The notes under the pieces: generated by a model
What the model was told of the DNA's origin: nothing
Seen by the model: only the letters and a program-made list of their open reading frames with translations
The model's database searches: none
Source of the DNA: an uncultured Bacteroidales bacterium
Lineage (GTDB): Bacteria; Bacteroidota; Bacteroidia; Bacteroidales; UBA7960
Direction of reading: 5' to 3'
NCBI GenBank assembly: GCA_964348755.1
Contig: CAYGDW010000008.1
Span: 505 to 64,504, forward strand
DNA: 64,000 bases
In this document: positions 54,094-64,000 of the stretch, piece after piece
How the letters are laid out: each line of letters starts with the position of its first letter
Position numbering within the stretch: position 1 is the stretch's first letter
Translations under genes and position numbers: made by a program

Positions 54094-57000
54094 ATGAATT
54101 ACAGATTTAAATGGCAAAAAAGATCTACCTCTTCCTGGTGGTTTGCTGCTATTTGGGCAGCACTACTTTTGCCGGACCTAAAACCAATCAAAGCCCAAGC
54201 ACCATTTTTCCCTGACCAATCAGAAGCTTTAAATGAAGTTTGGCAGTGGAGACCAATCGATGTGTTGGCCACCAAAGGGGTAAGGTGCATGACCGACGAC
54301 ATTGAAAACAATATGTGGTTTGGCCTCGACAAAGGCATTATGCAATACGATGGCTTTGATTGGACCCTCTTTGACAATGAGCCATATTTAAAATTTCCTG
54401 TCGGGATTCTAACTCAAAACCCCGAAGGCAAACTCTTTGCCGGGAGCGATGCCGGCATTCTGGCGTTTGAAAACGGAGCCTGGGTCAAAATATTCCCAAA
54501 GTCCGATACCCTTCAAATTCCGGTTACCGCCTTACATATACTGCCCGATGGAACCTTAATTGCCGGAATCCGAAACGGGCTTGTTATGGTTGAAGGGCAG
54601 GAAATTACTGTTTTCACCGTTTTGCAAAGGACCAATTCTTTTAGGGAAACTCACCCGTATGCCAGGGTATTGGTGCTTCCTGACGAGGTGCTTTTTCAGC
54701 GAAATTTTGGCAGGATAGACAATATTTTTCTGGAGAAAGATAAGCTTTTATGGGTGTTTATGTCGAGAAACAACGATGGCAAGCTGTTAAAGTTTAATCT
54801 TTCGGACACCCTTAATCAGGTGGTACAAAATTTTGAAGTAACCGTAGAACTTGGCGGCCACAGCTTAGCCAACCGTAACAAGTTGTTGCGTACCAGCAGA
54901 AATGAGCTTTGGGTCATCAATGGATTTTACAAAAGTGGTATTTTAAGAAAAAAAGACTCGGAATGGGAATTGCTTAAGCCCAGTGCAATTTTGGGGGGCG
55001 ATGAGCTACATACCGACATTATAGAGCTTGGCGATGGCTCTATTTGGGTAGGCGGACTTGGCAGGTTATATGTTTTTAAAAACGGAAGGTGGAGCGTTTT
55101 TTCAGCACCAGACCTTCCCATACCCTCCAGTCGTATCATTTTTCATGAAGCGCGCAACGGACAGGTATGGATTGCCGGAATACAAGGCGATGTGTTCAGG
55201 CTTGCGTACAACAACCAGCAGTGGGTCAAATATTCGGGTCTAAACTTTCAGCTTAAGGAACTCAGCGGCAAGGAGTGGTTTATTTCGGCGCGCGGCCAGG
55301 TAGTGTTTAATCACAACGGCACCTGGGGTGCCTACGATCAAAGCCATGGCCTTATTGATGCGCCTGTACGGCTTATCTCAACCCGCAACGGGCGCCTGTG
55401 GGTGGCTGGCAGCCATAAGGGCGTGGCTGCAACGGCCTACCTCAGCAAGGGCTATTGGGAAAAGCAAACCCACCCTACCCTATCGTGGGGCATCGACCAG
55501 CGATCGGTTTTTCAGGACAGCCGCGGGGCCCTTTGGTTTGGGGCAAGTGTTGACAGGCAGGATGCCCTCGGCCAGGTTTCGGGCGTGCTGCAACTAAAAA
55601 ACCCCGATGATGCCATTTTTGAATGGCGCCATCATACCCAAAGCGACGGCATTGTGCAGCATAATGTTTACGGAATTGCACAATCGCCCGATGGAGCTTT
55701 GTGGCTGGGAGGAACAAACCTTCTGAGGTGGGACGGCCAACGCTGGCAATCTCTGCCCGACAAAGAGCAGTTCAACGAATTTGTTGATATTGTTCATAGT
55801 CGGCAAAACCTTTGGGTTGGGTCAAGATATTACGGACTTTTCAGGTTCGACGGGCAAAACTGGACCCAGTTTACTACCCAGGATGGCCTGCCAGGGAATA
55901 CAATAGTTTCAATTTTTGAGGAAACCCCCAAAAAGGTTTGGGTTATTACCGACCGCGACATGGCTTATTTTGATGGCCAACGGTGGTTTCCGGGTCCGTT
56001 TATGCAAAACTTTAGAATTCCGCGCGAAGGTGGCGACATAATAATCGATACACTGGGCGCAATCTGGGTAAACAAATCACTAAGAGAATGGAAAAGAAGG
56101 GCTTTCCCTTTCAGCGTTACCCCGGCCAGGGCTTTTGATGATTTCTGGACCGTACGCTACCAACGCGATAAAATACCCCCTAAAACCATTATTAATATTT
56201 TTTCAGAAAAAGTTGACCGCTCCGGAAATATTATGATAAGCTGGACCGGTCGGGATTTTTGGGAAGAGACCCCGGCCGAAATGCTTACATACTCATACCT
56301 CCTAAACGGGGGCGAATGGTCAGGGTTTTCAACAGTAACCAACGTGGCCTTTACACGACTTGGCAGCGGACGCCACACCTTTGAAATAAAGGCACGCGAC
56401 CTGGACTTTAACATTGAAGCCGAGCCGGCAACCATAACCTTTACCGTAACCCCTCCCCTGTGGAAACAACCCTGGTTTATAGCACTGGTGGTTTCATTCC
56501 TCATTATAGTAGGATATTATGAAGCCCGACTGATTAAACACAATCGCGGCCTGTCAAGGCTCAACACATCGCTCAACTCGGTAAACCAGGCCCTCGAAGA
56601 CAGGCAAAAGAAAATTGAGCTGCAAAAAGAAACCATTCTCAAGCAAAAAGAAGAACTGGAAAGAAAAACAATTGCCCTCCAGGAAAACACTGCCGAAATA
56701 ACCGCTCAGCGAGACCAGCTTAAAGAAATGGTCGAAAAAGTTGAAGAACTATCGAATATTAAACAAAGGTTCTTTACTAATATTTCGCACGAATTTCGCA
56801 CGCCGCTTACCCTTATATTGGGTTCGATAGAACGCCTGCTCACCTTGCCCGAAAACCCCGAAAAATCAAAACTTAACCAGGCCTACCAAACCATACAGCG
56901 TAATTCGAAAAGGATACTCAGACTGATAAATCAGATCCTTGAAATCAGGAAAATTGAGCGTGGCAAAATGGAATTCAGGCCAACACCAGGCGATATTGTA

Positions 57001-58422
57001 GCCTTTGCAAGAGATATTGCCTATCTCTTTGGCGATTTGGCAAAAAACCAATTGGTAAATCTGAATTTTGAAACCGATATAGACCAAAAGCAAATGTTTT
57101 TTGACCACGACAAGGTCGAAAAAATCCTATTCAACCTCCTGAGCAATGCCTTTAAATACACCCTTGCCGGAGGAAGCATTTCACTGAGGTTGTTCCAGGA
57201 TATGAGAACCCCAACAAATTTGGACGGTTCAGGCCATATTGAAGAAAATACACTTCCCGATATAGACTGTATGGTTTTTGAAGTGTCGGATACTGGCAAA
57301 GGAATACCACCTGGCCATTTGCCAAATATATTCGAAAGGTTTTACAGGGTAGAAGAAGCCAGCCCCCACCAAAAATACGACAGTTCGGGCATCGGGCTTT
57401 CTTACGTTAAAGACCTTGTAGCCATTCATCAGGGCGAAATTACCGTTGAGAGCGAAACGGATAAAGGCAGCAGGTTCAGGTTTTGGATACCTGTAGCACC
57501 CGATGGGTACAAACATACCCCGTTAACACAAAAGGAAGATTACAATACCGGACATCAGATCTCCGACGACCTCAGGGCAGAAATTGACAACCTGAACAGG
57601 GCTGTTTCGTTTGTTAAGGAACCTGAAACAAAAGACCTGGTAAATGTTCAGGAGCTGGCAAGGCGTGCCGAAAAGCTCATGGTGCTTGTGGTTGAAGATG
57701 AACCAGAACTGCGCGAGTTTCTTAGAGAAACCCTTGAGGAAGATTTTGAGGTATTGGATGCACGCAATGGCGCACTTGGCTACGAAAAAGCGGTGGCATA
57801 TCAGCCCGACATCATTATTACTGATATAATGATGCCCGAAATGAATGGTTTTGAACTTTGCGCAAAGCTAAAGGCAAACCTGGCTACCAACCACATACCA
57901 GTTGTAATGCTTACGGCACGTATAGCCCCCGAAAACAAATTTGAAGGATACCAGGCAGGGGCCGACGCATACATAGAAAAACCTTTCAGCACCGAATACC
58001 TAAAGCTTAGACTGCAAAACCTGATAAACTCCAAAGAAAAAATCAGGGTAAAGATACTGCGCGACCTTATAACACAACCTTCTGAAATTATTGTACACTC
58101 TGAAGATGACAAATTGCTAAAAAAAATGCAGGAGGTACTTGAAGAAAACATCTCCGATTCAGATTTTGATGTAGAAAGCATGAGCCAGCATTTTTACCTG
58201 AGCCGTTGCCACTTTTCGCGCAAGATTAAACAAATAACTGGCCTTACACCCAAAGAAATTATTGACTCATACCGCCTGAAAAGGGCAAGCCAGCTGCTGC
58301 AGCAAAAAATGACCATAACCGAAGTGGCATATATGGTGGGGTTCGACCACCCAAACTCATTTACCCGCGCCTTCCGCAAGTTTTACAATATGACCCCAAG
58401 TGAGTTTGCTTCGCAAAACTGA
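54094..58422 (+). CDS. Hybrid two-component system sensor kinase/response regulator with AraC-type HTH (HTCS), probable pectin PUL regulator
   Basis: 1442 aa. Periplasmic propeller-like repeats and a Y_Y_Y region are followed by a TM segment (PWFIALVVSFLIIVGYY), a coiled coil, HisKA (FFTNISHEFRTPLTLI), HATPase (DTGKGI...SSGIGLS), a receiver (VLVVEDEPEL...DIIITDIMMPEMNG) and an AraC HTH. Confidence 0.93.
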   Translation: MNYRFKWQKRSTSSWWFAAIWAALLLPDLKPIKAQAPFFPDQSEALNEVWQWRPIDVLATKGVRCMTDDIENNMWFGLDKGIMQYDGFDWTLFDNEPYLKFPVGILTQNPEGKLFAGSDAGILAFENGAWVKIFPKSDTLQIPVTALHILPDGTLIAGIRNGLVMVEGQEITVFTVLQRTNSFRETHPYARVLVLPDEVLFQRNFGRIDNIFLEKDKLLWVFMSRNNDGKLLKFNLSDTLNQVVQNFEVTVELGGHSLANRNKLLRTSRNELWVINGFYKSGILRKKDSEWELLKPSAILGGDELHTDIIELGDGSIWVGGLGRLYVFKNGRWSVFSAPDLPIPSSRIIFHEARNGQVWIAGIQGDVFRLAYNNQQWVKYSGLNFQLKELSGKEWFISARGQVVFNHNGTWGAYDQSHGLIDAPVRLISTRNGRLWVAGSHKGVAATAYLSKGYWEKQTHPTLSWGIDQRSVFQDSRGALWFGASVDRQDALGQVSGVLQLKNPDDAIFEWRHHTQSDGIVQHNVYGIAQSPDGALWLGGTNLLRWDGQRWQSLPDKEQFNEFVDIVHSRQNLWVGSRYYGLFRFDGQNWTQFTTQDGLPGNTIVSIFEETPKKVWVITDRDMAYFDGQRWFPGPFMQNFRIPREGGDIIIDTLGAIWVNKSLREWKRRAFPFSVTPARAFDDFWTVRYQRDKIPPKTIINIFSEKVDRSGNIMISWTGRDFWEETPAEMLTYSYLLNGGEWSGFSTVTNVAFTRLGSGRHTFEIKARDLDFNIEAEPATITFTVTPPLWKQPWFIALVVSFLIIVGYYEARLIKHNRGLSRLNTSLNSVNQALEDRQKKIELQKETILKQKEELERKTIALQENTAEITAQRDQLKEMVEKVEELSNIKQRFFTNISHEFRTPLTLILGSIERLLTLPENPEKSKLNQAYQTIQRNSKRILRLINQILEIRKIERGKMEFRPTPGDIVAFARDIAYLFGDLAKNQLVNLNFETDIDQKQMFFDHDKVEKILFNLLSNAFKYTLAGGSISLRLFQDMRTPTNLDGSGHIEENTLPDIDCMVFEVSDTGKGIPPGHLPNIFERFYRVEEASPHQKYDSSGIGLSYVKDLVAIHQGEITVESETDKGSRFRFWIPVAPDGYKHTPLTQKEDYNTGHQISDDLRAEIDNLNRAVSFVKEPETKDLVNVQELARRAEKLMVLVVEDEPELREFLRETLEEDFEVLDARNGALGYEKAVAYQPDIIITDIMMPEMNGFELCAKLKANLATNHIPVVMLTARIAPENKFEGYQAGADAYIEKPFSTEYLKLRLQNLINSKEKIRVKILRDLITQPSEIIVHSEDDKLLKKMQEVLEENISDSDFDVESMSQHFYLSRCHFSRKIKQITGLTPKEIIDSYRLKRASQLLQQKMTITEVAYMVGFDHPNSFTRAFRKFYNMTPSEFASQN

Positions 58423-58497
58423 AAAGATGCTGCAAATTGTTTGCTCTTAAGCAAATTTTGAATATTCATTCCACAAAAAATAAACTTACTTAGCAAC

Positions 58498-59967
58498 ATG
58501 CAAACAACACTAAAAGGGAAAACTGTATCAACTCGAAACAACCCAGGTCTTTCTCCTGAAATAACTATTTTTTATTTCATTAAAACCATATTACCAATTC
58601 TGTTATGGGTGGTTCTGGTTTTTGGGGGCACAACTATTTGTTTAGGCAAAAGCCAGGCTGATGCAGGCAGGGTTCCGGCATTTCCGGGGGCCGAAGGTGG
58701 CGGCCGGTTTACTACAGGCGGGCGTGGCGGACGGGTAATAAAAGTTACCAACCTCGACGATCGTGGCCCCGGCAGCTTGCGCCACGCACTTGAAGCCACA
58801 GGACCTCGAACCGTGGTTTTTGAAGTTGCAGGCACAATTGAGCTCAAAAGCCAGATTCGAATCAGGCAGCCAAACCTTACCATTGCCGGACAAACCGCAC
58901 CCGGACAAGGCATTACCATTAAAGGGCACACTGTTCAAATTGCAGCAAACAACATTATTATAAGATTTATGCGTTTCAGGCCAGGCGATGTGGCCGGAAT
59001 TGACCTGGATGCCCTCTCGGGAATGAACCGCAGAGATATAATTATTGATCATTGTAGTTTTAGCTGGGGTACTGACGAAGTGGCCACGTTTTATGACAAC
59101 GAGTATTTTACACTGCAATGGAGTATGATTACCGAAAGTCTTAATAATTCGGTACATTCAAAGGGGGCGCACGGTTATGCTGGCATTTGGGGGGGCCGCA
59201 ACGCTTCTTTTCTTAATAATATAATTGCCCACCACAACAGCCGAAACCCCAGGCTGAACGGAACCCGCGAAACCCCTCCAAGTGGTATTGAAACCACCGA
59301 ACTAATCAACAACCTAATATATAATTGGGGCGACAAAGCAATTTACGGTGGCGAAGGCGGGCAATACATTATTGCAGGCAATATATTTATTCCGGGCCCT
59401 GCAACACCCTCTTCGGGCCGCAATGAAATACTTGAAGCTTATGCTCCCACGGGCCGGTTTTTTCTCAAGGGCAATGTATTGGGCATCAGCAAAAACAGAT
59501 TCGTAAGGGCTGGCTGGAAAAATGTTACACTGCCACAAGACAACTCTACCAATGTGCGCCTTGATGAGCCCTTTCCATTAAGCAATTTGCACCTTGCCCA
59601 AAATCCACGGAGAATTTACAATCAATTGCTGCTCAAAGCCGGGGCAAGTTTATGGCGAGATGCCACCGACGAGCGTATTATTGCCGAAATTAAGGCAAAA
59701 ACTTACACTTATGGCAATAAAGGCATTATTGACAGCCAGGAGCAAACAGGCGGTTGGCCTGCATTGGAGTCAGGCAAAGCGGTTATTGATAATGACCATG
59801 ATGGGATTTGCGACTTGTGGGAAACCCAAAACGGACTGAATCCTGAAAATCCCGACGATGGTAACGCTTTTGGGCTAAACCCTTTTTATACCAATCTTGA
59901 AGTTTACCTTAATGACCTGGTGGCCAAAGGATTTAATGAACCAAATCAAAGCCGATCACTCAGGTAA
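58498..59967 (+). CDS. PL1-family pectate lyase
   Basis: Contains FPGAEGGGRFTTGGRGGRVIKVTNLDDRGPGSLRHALEA.GPRTVVF, NLTIAGQTAPG.GITI, IIRFMRFRPGD and IIDHCSFSWGTDE, the signature of Bacteroidota PL1 pectate lyases. An N-terminal signal anchor is present. Confidence 0.88.
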   Translation: MQTTLKGKTVSTRNNPGLSPEITIFYFIKTILPILLWVVLVFGGTTICLGKSQADAGRVPAFPGAEGGGRFTTGGRGGRVIKVTNLDDRGPGSLRHALEATGPRTVVFEVAGTIELKSQIRIRQPNLTIAGQTAPGQGITIKGHTVQIAANNIIIRFMRFRPGDVAGIDLDALSGMNRRDIIIDHCSFSWGTDEVATFYDNEYFTLQWSMITESLNNSVHSKGAHGYAGIWGGRNASFLNNIIAHHNSRNPRLNGTRETPPSGIETTELINNLIYNWGDKAIYGGEGGQYIIAGNIFIPGPATPSSGRNEILEAYAPTGRFFLKGNVLGISKNRFVRAGWKNVTLPQDNSTNVRLDEPFPLSNLHLAQNPRRIYNQLLLKAGASLWRDATDERIIAEIKAKTYTYGNKGIIDSQEQTGGWPALESGKAVIDNDHDGICDLWETQNGLNPENPDDGNAFGLNPFYTNLEVYLNDLVAKGFNEPNQSRSLR

Positions 59968-60019
59968 ATACAAGCAAATTATCCAAAGTTTACAATTATA
60001 AAATCAACCCAAATGTAAC

Positions 60020-63000
60020 ATGAATATAATAATTATGAAACTTTTGCCAAAGACCGCAATTGTAAGCATTTTTATGCTTGCGGCCGGTCTGAACCTTTTC
60101 GGCCAGGCTATTACAGTTAGGGGAACCGTAAGCGACCGTACAGGTGAAACACTGCCGGGAGTAAACATAATGGTAAAAGGTACCCCAACTGGTACCATTT
60201 CCGACATTAACGGCAATTATTATATATCTACTCCGGCAGATGGTGTGCTTGTTTTTACCTACATCGGTTTCAACCCGGTTGAGGAATCCGTAAGGGGTCG
60301 CCAATTGATCAATGTAACCCTTGAAACCACCGTAACCACCCTTGAGGAAGCTGTGGTAATAGGCTATGGGGCTATAAGAAGGCGCGACATAACCGGTTCG
60401 GTGGCCTCAGTAAGTGGCGATGCCATTGCAGCCAAGCCCATAGCCAGTGTAGCCGAGGCTCTTACAGGAAAACTGGCCGGTGTTCAGGTAGTTACTACCG
60501 AAGGATCGCCCGATGCCGAGATTAAAATTCGCGTGCGCGGTGGCGGATCCATTACCGGCGATAATTCTCCACTTTTTATAGTTGACGGTTTTCCGGTTGA
60601 GTCTATATCCGACCTTTCGCCAACCGATATTGAATCGATTGACGTGCTGAAAGATGCCTCATCAACGGCAATTTACGGATCAAGAGGTGCAAATGGGGTT
60701 ATAATTATTACCACCCGCAAAGGAGCTCAGGGGCGCATTTCGGTGCGTTACGATGCCTTCGCCTCATTCAACAGGCTCGCAAAAAAAATCGATGTGCTTT
60801 CGCCATTCGATTACACCCTTTGGCAATACGAAAGAGCTTTGCTTGCCAATGACCTTTCGCGCTATACTAACATGTTCGGTAATTTTCAGGACATAGACCT
60901 TTACCGCAATGCTCCGGCCAACGACTGGCAGGGAATCACTTTCGGACGCCTTGGTTTTACCTCAAACCACTCGTTAAATATTTCGGGGGGAACCGACAAA
61001 ACTACCTACTCTTTTAATTATACCGACAACACCAACCGCGCCATCATGCAATTTTCGGGGTTCAAACGCGACAACCTGAGTCTCCGGATTACACATAAAC
61101 CGGTTGAGCGCATAACCATGGGCCTGAATATTCGCTATGCAAATACACAAATTAGTGGTGGTGGTGCAAACGAACAGCGCGAATTTTCGTTTTCGGCCGA
61201 TCCTCGCCTGCGCCACGCCATGATATTTCCGCCATTTCCGGTTGCAGGTCTTACCGACGACGAAGGCGAAACCGACAGAGATTTTGTTTTATTTCATCCA
61301 TTGGTGGCACTCAAGGACAACGACCGGTTTCAGAAGAGGATTACCTACAACCTTAGCGGCAATGTTGCGTGGGAAATTGTTGACAACTTAAAATTAACCA
61401 CCGAATTGGGCATTGACGACTTCAGAAATGCCGATGAAAGGTTTTACGGGCCAACAACCCACTACGCCCGTACGGTTCCAAGTGCCACAATTCAAGGAAT
61501 GCCCGCTTTAATTTTTAACAAAACCTCGCGCGAAACATTCCGAAATACCAATACCCTGTTTTATAACTTTAAAGACCTCCTGCCTGCAAACCACTCATTA
61601 AATATGTTGGTTGGCCAGGAATATATTATAAGGACTGAAGGATTCCACGAAACTTCGGTCCATGGTTTTCCCAATGGCTTTGACTTTAATTCTTCGCGCA
61701 GCCTATCGGCACAGGCCGTGGCCCACTCAATCAACAATTATTTGTATCCAAACGATATACTGTTCTCGTTTTTCGGGAGAGTAAATTATGATTTTAAAGG
61801 AAAATACCTGCTAAGTTCGACCTTCAGGGCCGATGGATCATCAAAATTCTCAAAAGTTAACCGCTGGGGTTATTTCCCATCGGCTGCTTTTGCCTGGCGC
61901 ATTTCGGGCGAACCATTCATGCAGTTTGCCAGCCCCTGGCTCGACGATATGAAGGTAAGAATAAGCTACGGAACAGCAGGCAACAACAATATTCCAACAG
62001 GTCAATTGCTTCAGTCGCTCGAAGTAAGCACCACCACCTGGATTAACGGGTTTAACAGTTATTGGGCTCCCACAAAAACCATGGCCAACCCTGAACTGAA
62101 ATGGGAAACCACCATTACCCGAAATGTGGGCCTCGACTACACCCTGTTCAACGGACGACTGGGAGGATCGGTAGAAGCCTACATAAACACCACCAGCGAC
62201 CTGCTTATACTTTTCCCCACTCCCGGAACCGGCTACCTTGAGCAATACCGCAATATGGGTGAAACAGAAAACAGGGGAATTGAAACCATGATAAGTTGGG
62301 TGGCACTCGACAAGCAAAAATACGGATTAACCATAGGCGCAAATATAGGTTTTAACCGTAATAAGATTAAATCTCTGGGGCTGATGAATGATTTTACAAC
62401 TGTTTCAGGATGGGCATCGACCGATATTGCGGCCGAATACCTTATAGCGGCTGGCTTACCAGTAGGGCAAATTTATGGGTTTAAAAGCGCCGGAAGGTAT
62501 GAAGTAGCTGATTTTGAAGGCTTTATAAATGACCGCTGGGTACTTAAAACTGGTGTAACCGACAGCAGCCCCATTATCGGGACCCTGCGCCCGGGAAGCA
62601 AAAAACTGGTAAATGTTACCGAAGGCGACAATATTGTAAACCTTGCCGACAGGGTGGTTATAGGCAACACAAACCCATTGCATACCGGAGGATTTACCCT
62701 GAACGGCAGGCTGCACGGGTTCGATGTTATGGCTGCTTTTAACTGGAGCTACGGAAATGACATTTACAATGCCAACAAAATAGAATATACCACAACAGGC
62801 CGTTTCCACTCGCGAAACCTTTCAAGCGAAATGCAGGAAGGAAACCGGTGGACCAACCTGCTTCCAAATGGAACCCTTACCAACGACCCCGAGCAACTTG
62901 CAGCACTGAATGAAAACACCACCATGTGGTCGCCATTTATGCCCAAGTTTGTGCTTACCGACTGGGCGGTTGAAGACGGCTCGTTTCTGAGGCTTAACAC

Positions 63001-63223
63001 CCTAACTGTTGGTTACACCCTGCCTCGAGAACTGGTAAGACGGCTTAAACTGCAAAACCTCAGGTTTTATGTTAGCGGAAACAATGTGGCATTGTGGACC
63101 AATTATACCGGCTTCGATCCGGAGGTGTCAACCCGAAGAAGAACCCCAATGACTCCAGGGGTTGACTACTCAGCCTACCCACGCAGTCGCTCACTTGTGT
63201 TTGGATTAAATTTAAGTTTTTAA
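60020..63223 (+). CDS. SusC-like TonB-dependent outer-membrane transporter
   Basis: 1067 aa. Contains ITVRGTVSDRTGETLPGVNIMVKGT, DITGSVASV...LTGKLAGV...IRVRGGGS...PLFIVDGFPV and a C-terminal LNLSF. Confidence 0.95.
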   Translation: MNIIIMKLLPKTAIVSIFMLAAGLNLFGQAITVRGTVSDRTGETLPGVNIMVKGTPTGTISDINGNYYISTPADGVLVFTYIGFNPVEESVRGRQLINVTLETTVTTLEEAVVIGYGAIRRRDITGSVASVSGDAIAAKPIASVAEALTGKLAGVQVVTTEGSPDAEIKIRVRGGGSITGDNSPLFIVDGFPVESISDLSPTDIESIDVLKDASSTAIYGSRGANGVIIITTRKGAQGRISVRYDAFASFNRLAKKIDVLSPFDYTLWQYERALLANDLSRYTNMFGNFQDIDLYRNAPANDWQGITFGRLGFTSNHSLNISGGTDKTTYSFNYTDNTNRAIMQFSGFKRDNLSLRITHKPVERITMGLNIRYANTQISGGGANEQREFSFSADPRLRHAMIFPPFPVAGLTDDEGETDRDFVLFHPLVALKDNDRFQKRITYNLSGNVAWEIVDNLKLTTELGIDDFRNADERFYGPTTHYARTVPSATIQGMPALIFNKTSRETFRNTNTLFYNFKDLLPANHSLNMLVGQEYIIRTEGFHETSVHGFPNGFDFNSSRSLSAQAVAHSINNYLYPNDILFSFFGRVNYDFKGKYLLSSTFRADGSSKFSKVNRWGYFPSAAFAWRISGEPFMQFASPWLDDMKVRISYGTAGNNNIPTGQLLQSLEVSTTTWINGFNSYWAPTKTMANPELKWETTITRNVGLDYTLFNGRLGGSVEAYINTTSDLLILFPTPGTGYLEQYRNMGETENRGIETMISWVALDKQKYGLTIGANIGFNRNKIKSLGLMNDFTTVSGWASTDIAAEYLIAAGLPVGQIYGFKSAGRYEVADFEGFINDRWVLKTGVTDSSPIIGTLRPGSKKLVNVTEGDNIVNLADRVVIGNTNPLHTGGFTLNGRLHGFDVMAAFNWSYGNDIYNANKIEYTTTGRFHSRNLSSEMQEGNRWTNLLPNGTLTNDPEQLAALNENTTMWSPFMPKFVLTDWAVEDGSFLRLNTLTVGYTLPRELVRRLKLQNLRFYVSGNNVALWTNYTGFDPEVSTRRRTPMTPGVDYSAYPRSRSLVFGLNLSF

Positions 63224-63326
63224 TAATAGCTCAGACCCCTGAAATTAGCCATAAGATATTTTCATTCAAACCGGAAAAAAATTATGGCAAATTCAATCTG
63301 ACCTGAAAAAATTAAAAAATAAACAG

Positions 63327-64000
63327 ATGAAAAAGCTTAAAAATATATTCCTGATCCTGATTCTTACAGGTATTGGGGTTTCTTGCGAAGAAATATTTGA
63401 TGCCCCTACAAAATCCTCACTCGATGAGTCGGTAGTTTTTTCTAACCCAGTATTGGCCGAAGGGGCCATTGCCGGTATTCTGCATTCATTGGCCGAAACA
63501 AACTCGTACAGAGGCCGTTTTCTAACCTTTTACGGCATTAACACCGATACTGAAGTTCGCAATGCATTGCGGAATTTTACTGAAGATGCAGCAAGGCTTG
63601 CCAATTACAATACCAATGTAGGTAATTCCCAAATGAACACTGCCAATAATGTATGGGCAATGATTTACGAAGGCATCGAAAGATCAAATATTGCCATCAG
63701 GGGATTGCGAAACCATGGCAACGTAAATAACAACCCCCGAATGGGACATATCCTTGGCGAGGTGCTTACCCTAAGGGCTGTATTATATTTTGACCTTGTA
63801 AGAGCCTGGGGTGATATACCGGCCCGATTTGAGCCGATTAATTCTGAAACGGTATATCTGCCACGTTCAGACCGCGATGTTATTTACAAACAAATTCTGG
63901 CCGATCTTGAGGAGGCTGCAACCCTCGTACCCTGGCCAAATCAGTCGCAGGCTACCAGTTCTACCGAAAGAATCAACAAAGCTTTTATAAAAGGCTTCAG
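63327..64000 (+). CDS. SusD/RagB-family lipoprotein; 3' end lies beyond the window edge
   Basis: Absent from the ORF track because it has no stop in the window. ATG at 63327 gives MKKLKNIFLILILTGIGVSCEEIFDAPTKSSLDESVVFSNPVLAEGAIAGILHSL..., with a lipobox and a SusD-like N-terminal helix pattern. It lies directly downstream of SusC. Confidence 0.85.
   Translation, partial: MKKLKNIFLILILTGIGVSCEEIFDAPTKSSLDESVVFSNPVLAEGAIAGILHSLAETNSYRGRFLTFYGINTDTEVRNALRNFTEDAARLANYNTNVGNSQMNTANNVWAMIYEGIERSNIAIRGLRNHGNVNNNPRMGHILGEVLTLRAVLYFDLVRAWGDIPARFEPINSETVYLPRSDRDVIYKQILADLEEAATLVPWPNQSQATSSTERINKAFIKGF

Noticed and set aside
63224-63326. Unusually long (103 nt) SusC-SusD spacer
   Set aside because: I looked for a small ORF, a hairpin or a repeat and found only AT-rich sequence.
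1-64000. Search for CRISPR arrays, tRNA/rRNA genes, transposases, integrases, toxin-antitoxin pairs and defence-system signatures
   Set aside because: I saw no regularly spaced direct repeats and no tRNA-like cloverleaf candidates in the short intergenic regions. No ORF shows DDE, tyrosine-recombinase, nuclease-helicase or similar motifs. Every long ORF is accounted for by carbohydrate metabolism, transport, regulation or small housekeeping genes.

Overview
This 64-kb window is a Bacteroidota-type chromosomal segment. The evidence is two SusC/SusD pairs, two hybrid two-component (HTCS) regulators with AraC-type outputs, and many lipoprotein signal peptides. It is densely coding, and I saw no rRNA, tRNA, CRISPR array, transposase or integrase.

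Layout:
1. 1-18.8 kb, minus strand: a glucuronoxylan utilisation locus. Gene order is SusC, SusD, two IPT/TIG glycan-binding lipoproteins, GH10, GH115, GH67, a GPH/MFS oligosaccharide symporter, GH10, then two GH43. It faces a divergent HTCS at 19.0-23.2 kb.
2. 23.3-29.0 kb: galM, an outer-membrane beta-barrel protein, glpK and a DUF3109 protein.
3. 29.3-40.3 kb: a hexuronate catabolic island. It holds uxaC, a UxaE-like epimerase, a LacI regulator, SDR-type uxuB, uxuA, kdgK, a second PfkB kinase, a LarA-like (DUF2088) protein and gnd.
4. 40.5-42.9 kb: small detoxification or repair-type genes (ogt, VOC, tandem SRPBCC, DUF1801).
5. 42.9-50.3 kb, minus strand: a pectin-related operon. It runs LacI, kduI, kduD, DUF4861, a decayed GDSL-esterase/GH43 chimera, then a CE8 pectinesterase fused to two extra domains.
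6. 50.4-54.0 kb: eda plus a TRAP transporter.
7. 54.1-64.0 kb: a second HTCS, a PL1 pectate lyase and a SusC/SusD pair (SusD is cut by the window edge).

I found no self-contained novel multi-gene system such as a defence or secretion system. The observations most worth follow-up are:
- the kinase / LarA-like / Gnd triad attached to a UxaE-type (Thermotoga-like) hexuronate pathway;
- the three-domain pectinesterase fusion;
- the deletion-generated chimeric pseudogene;
- several clean candidate regulatory DNA elements: LacI-type palindromes, 21-bp-phased repeats in the HTCS/SusC divergent region, and intra-PUL terminators.

All functional calls rest on motif recognition in the translated ORFs. 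No database search was run.
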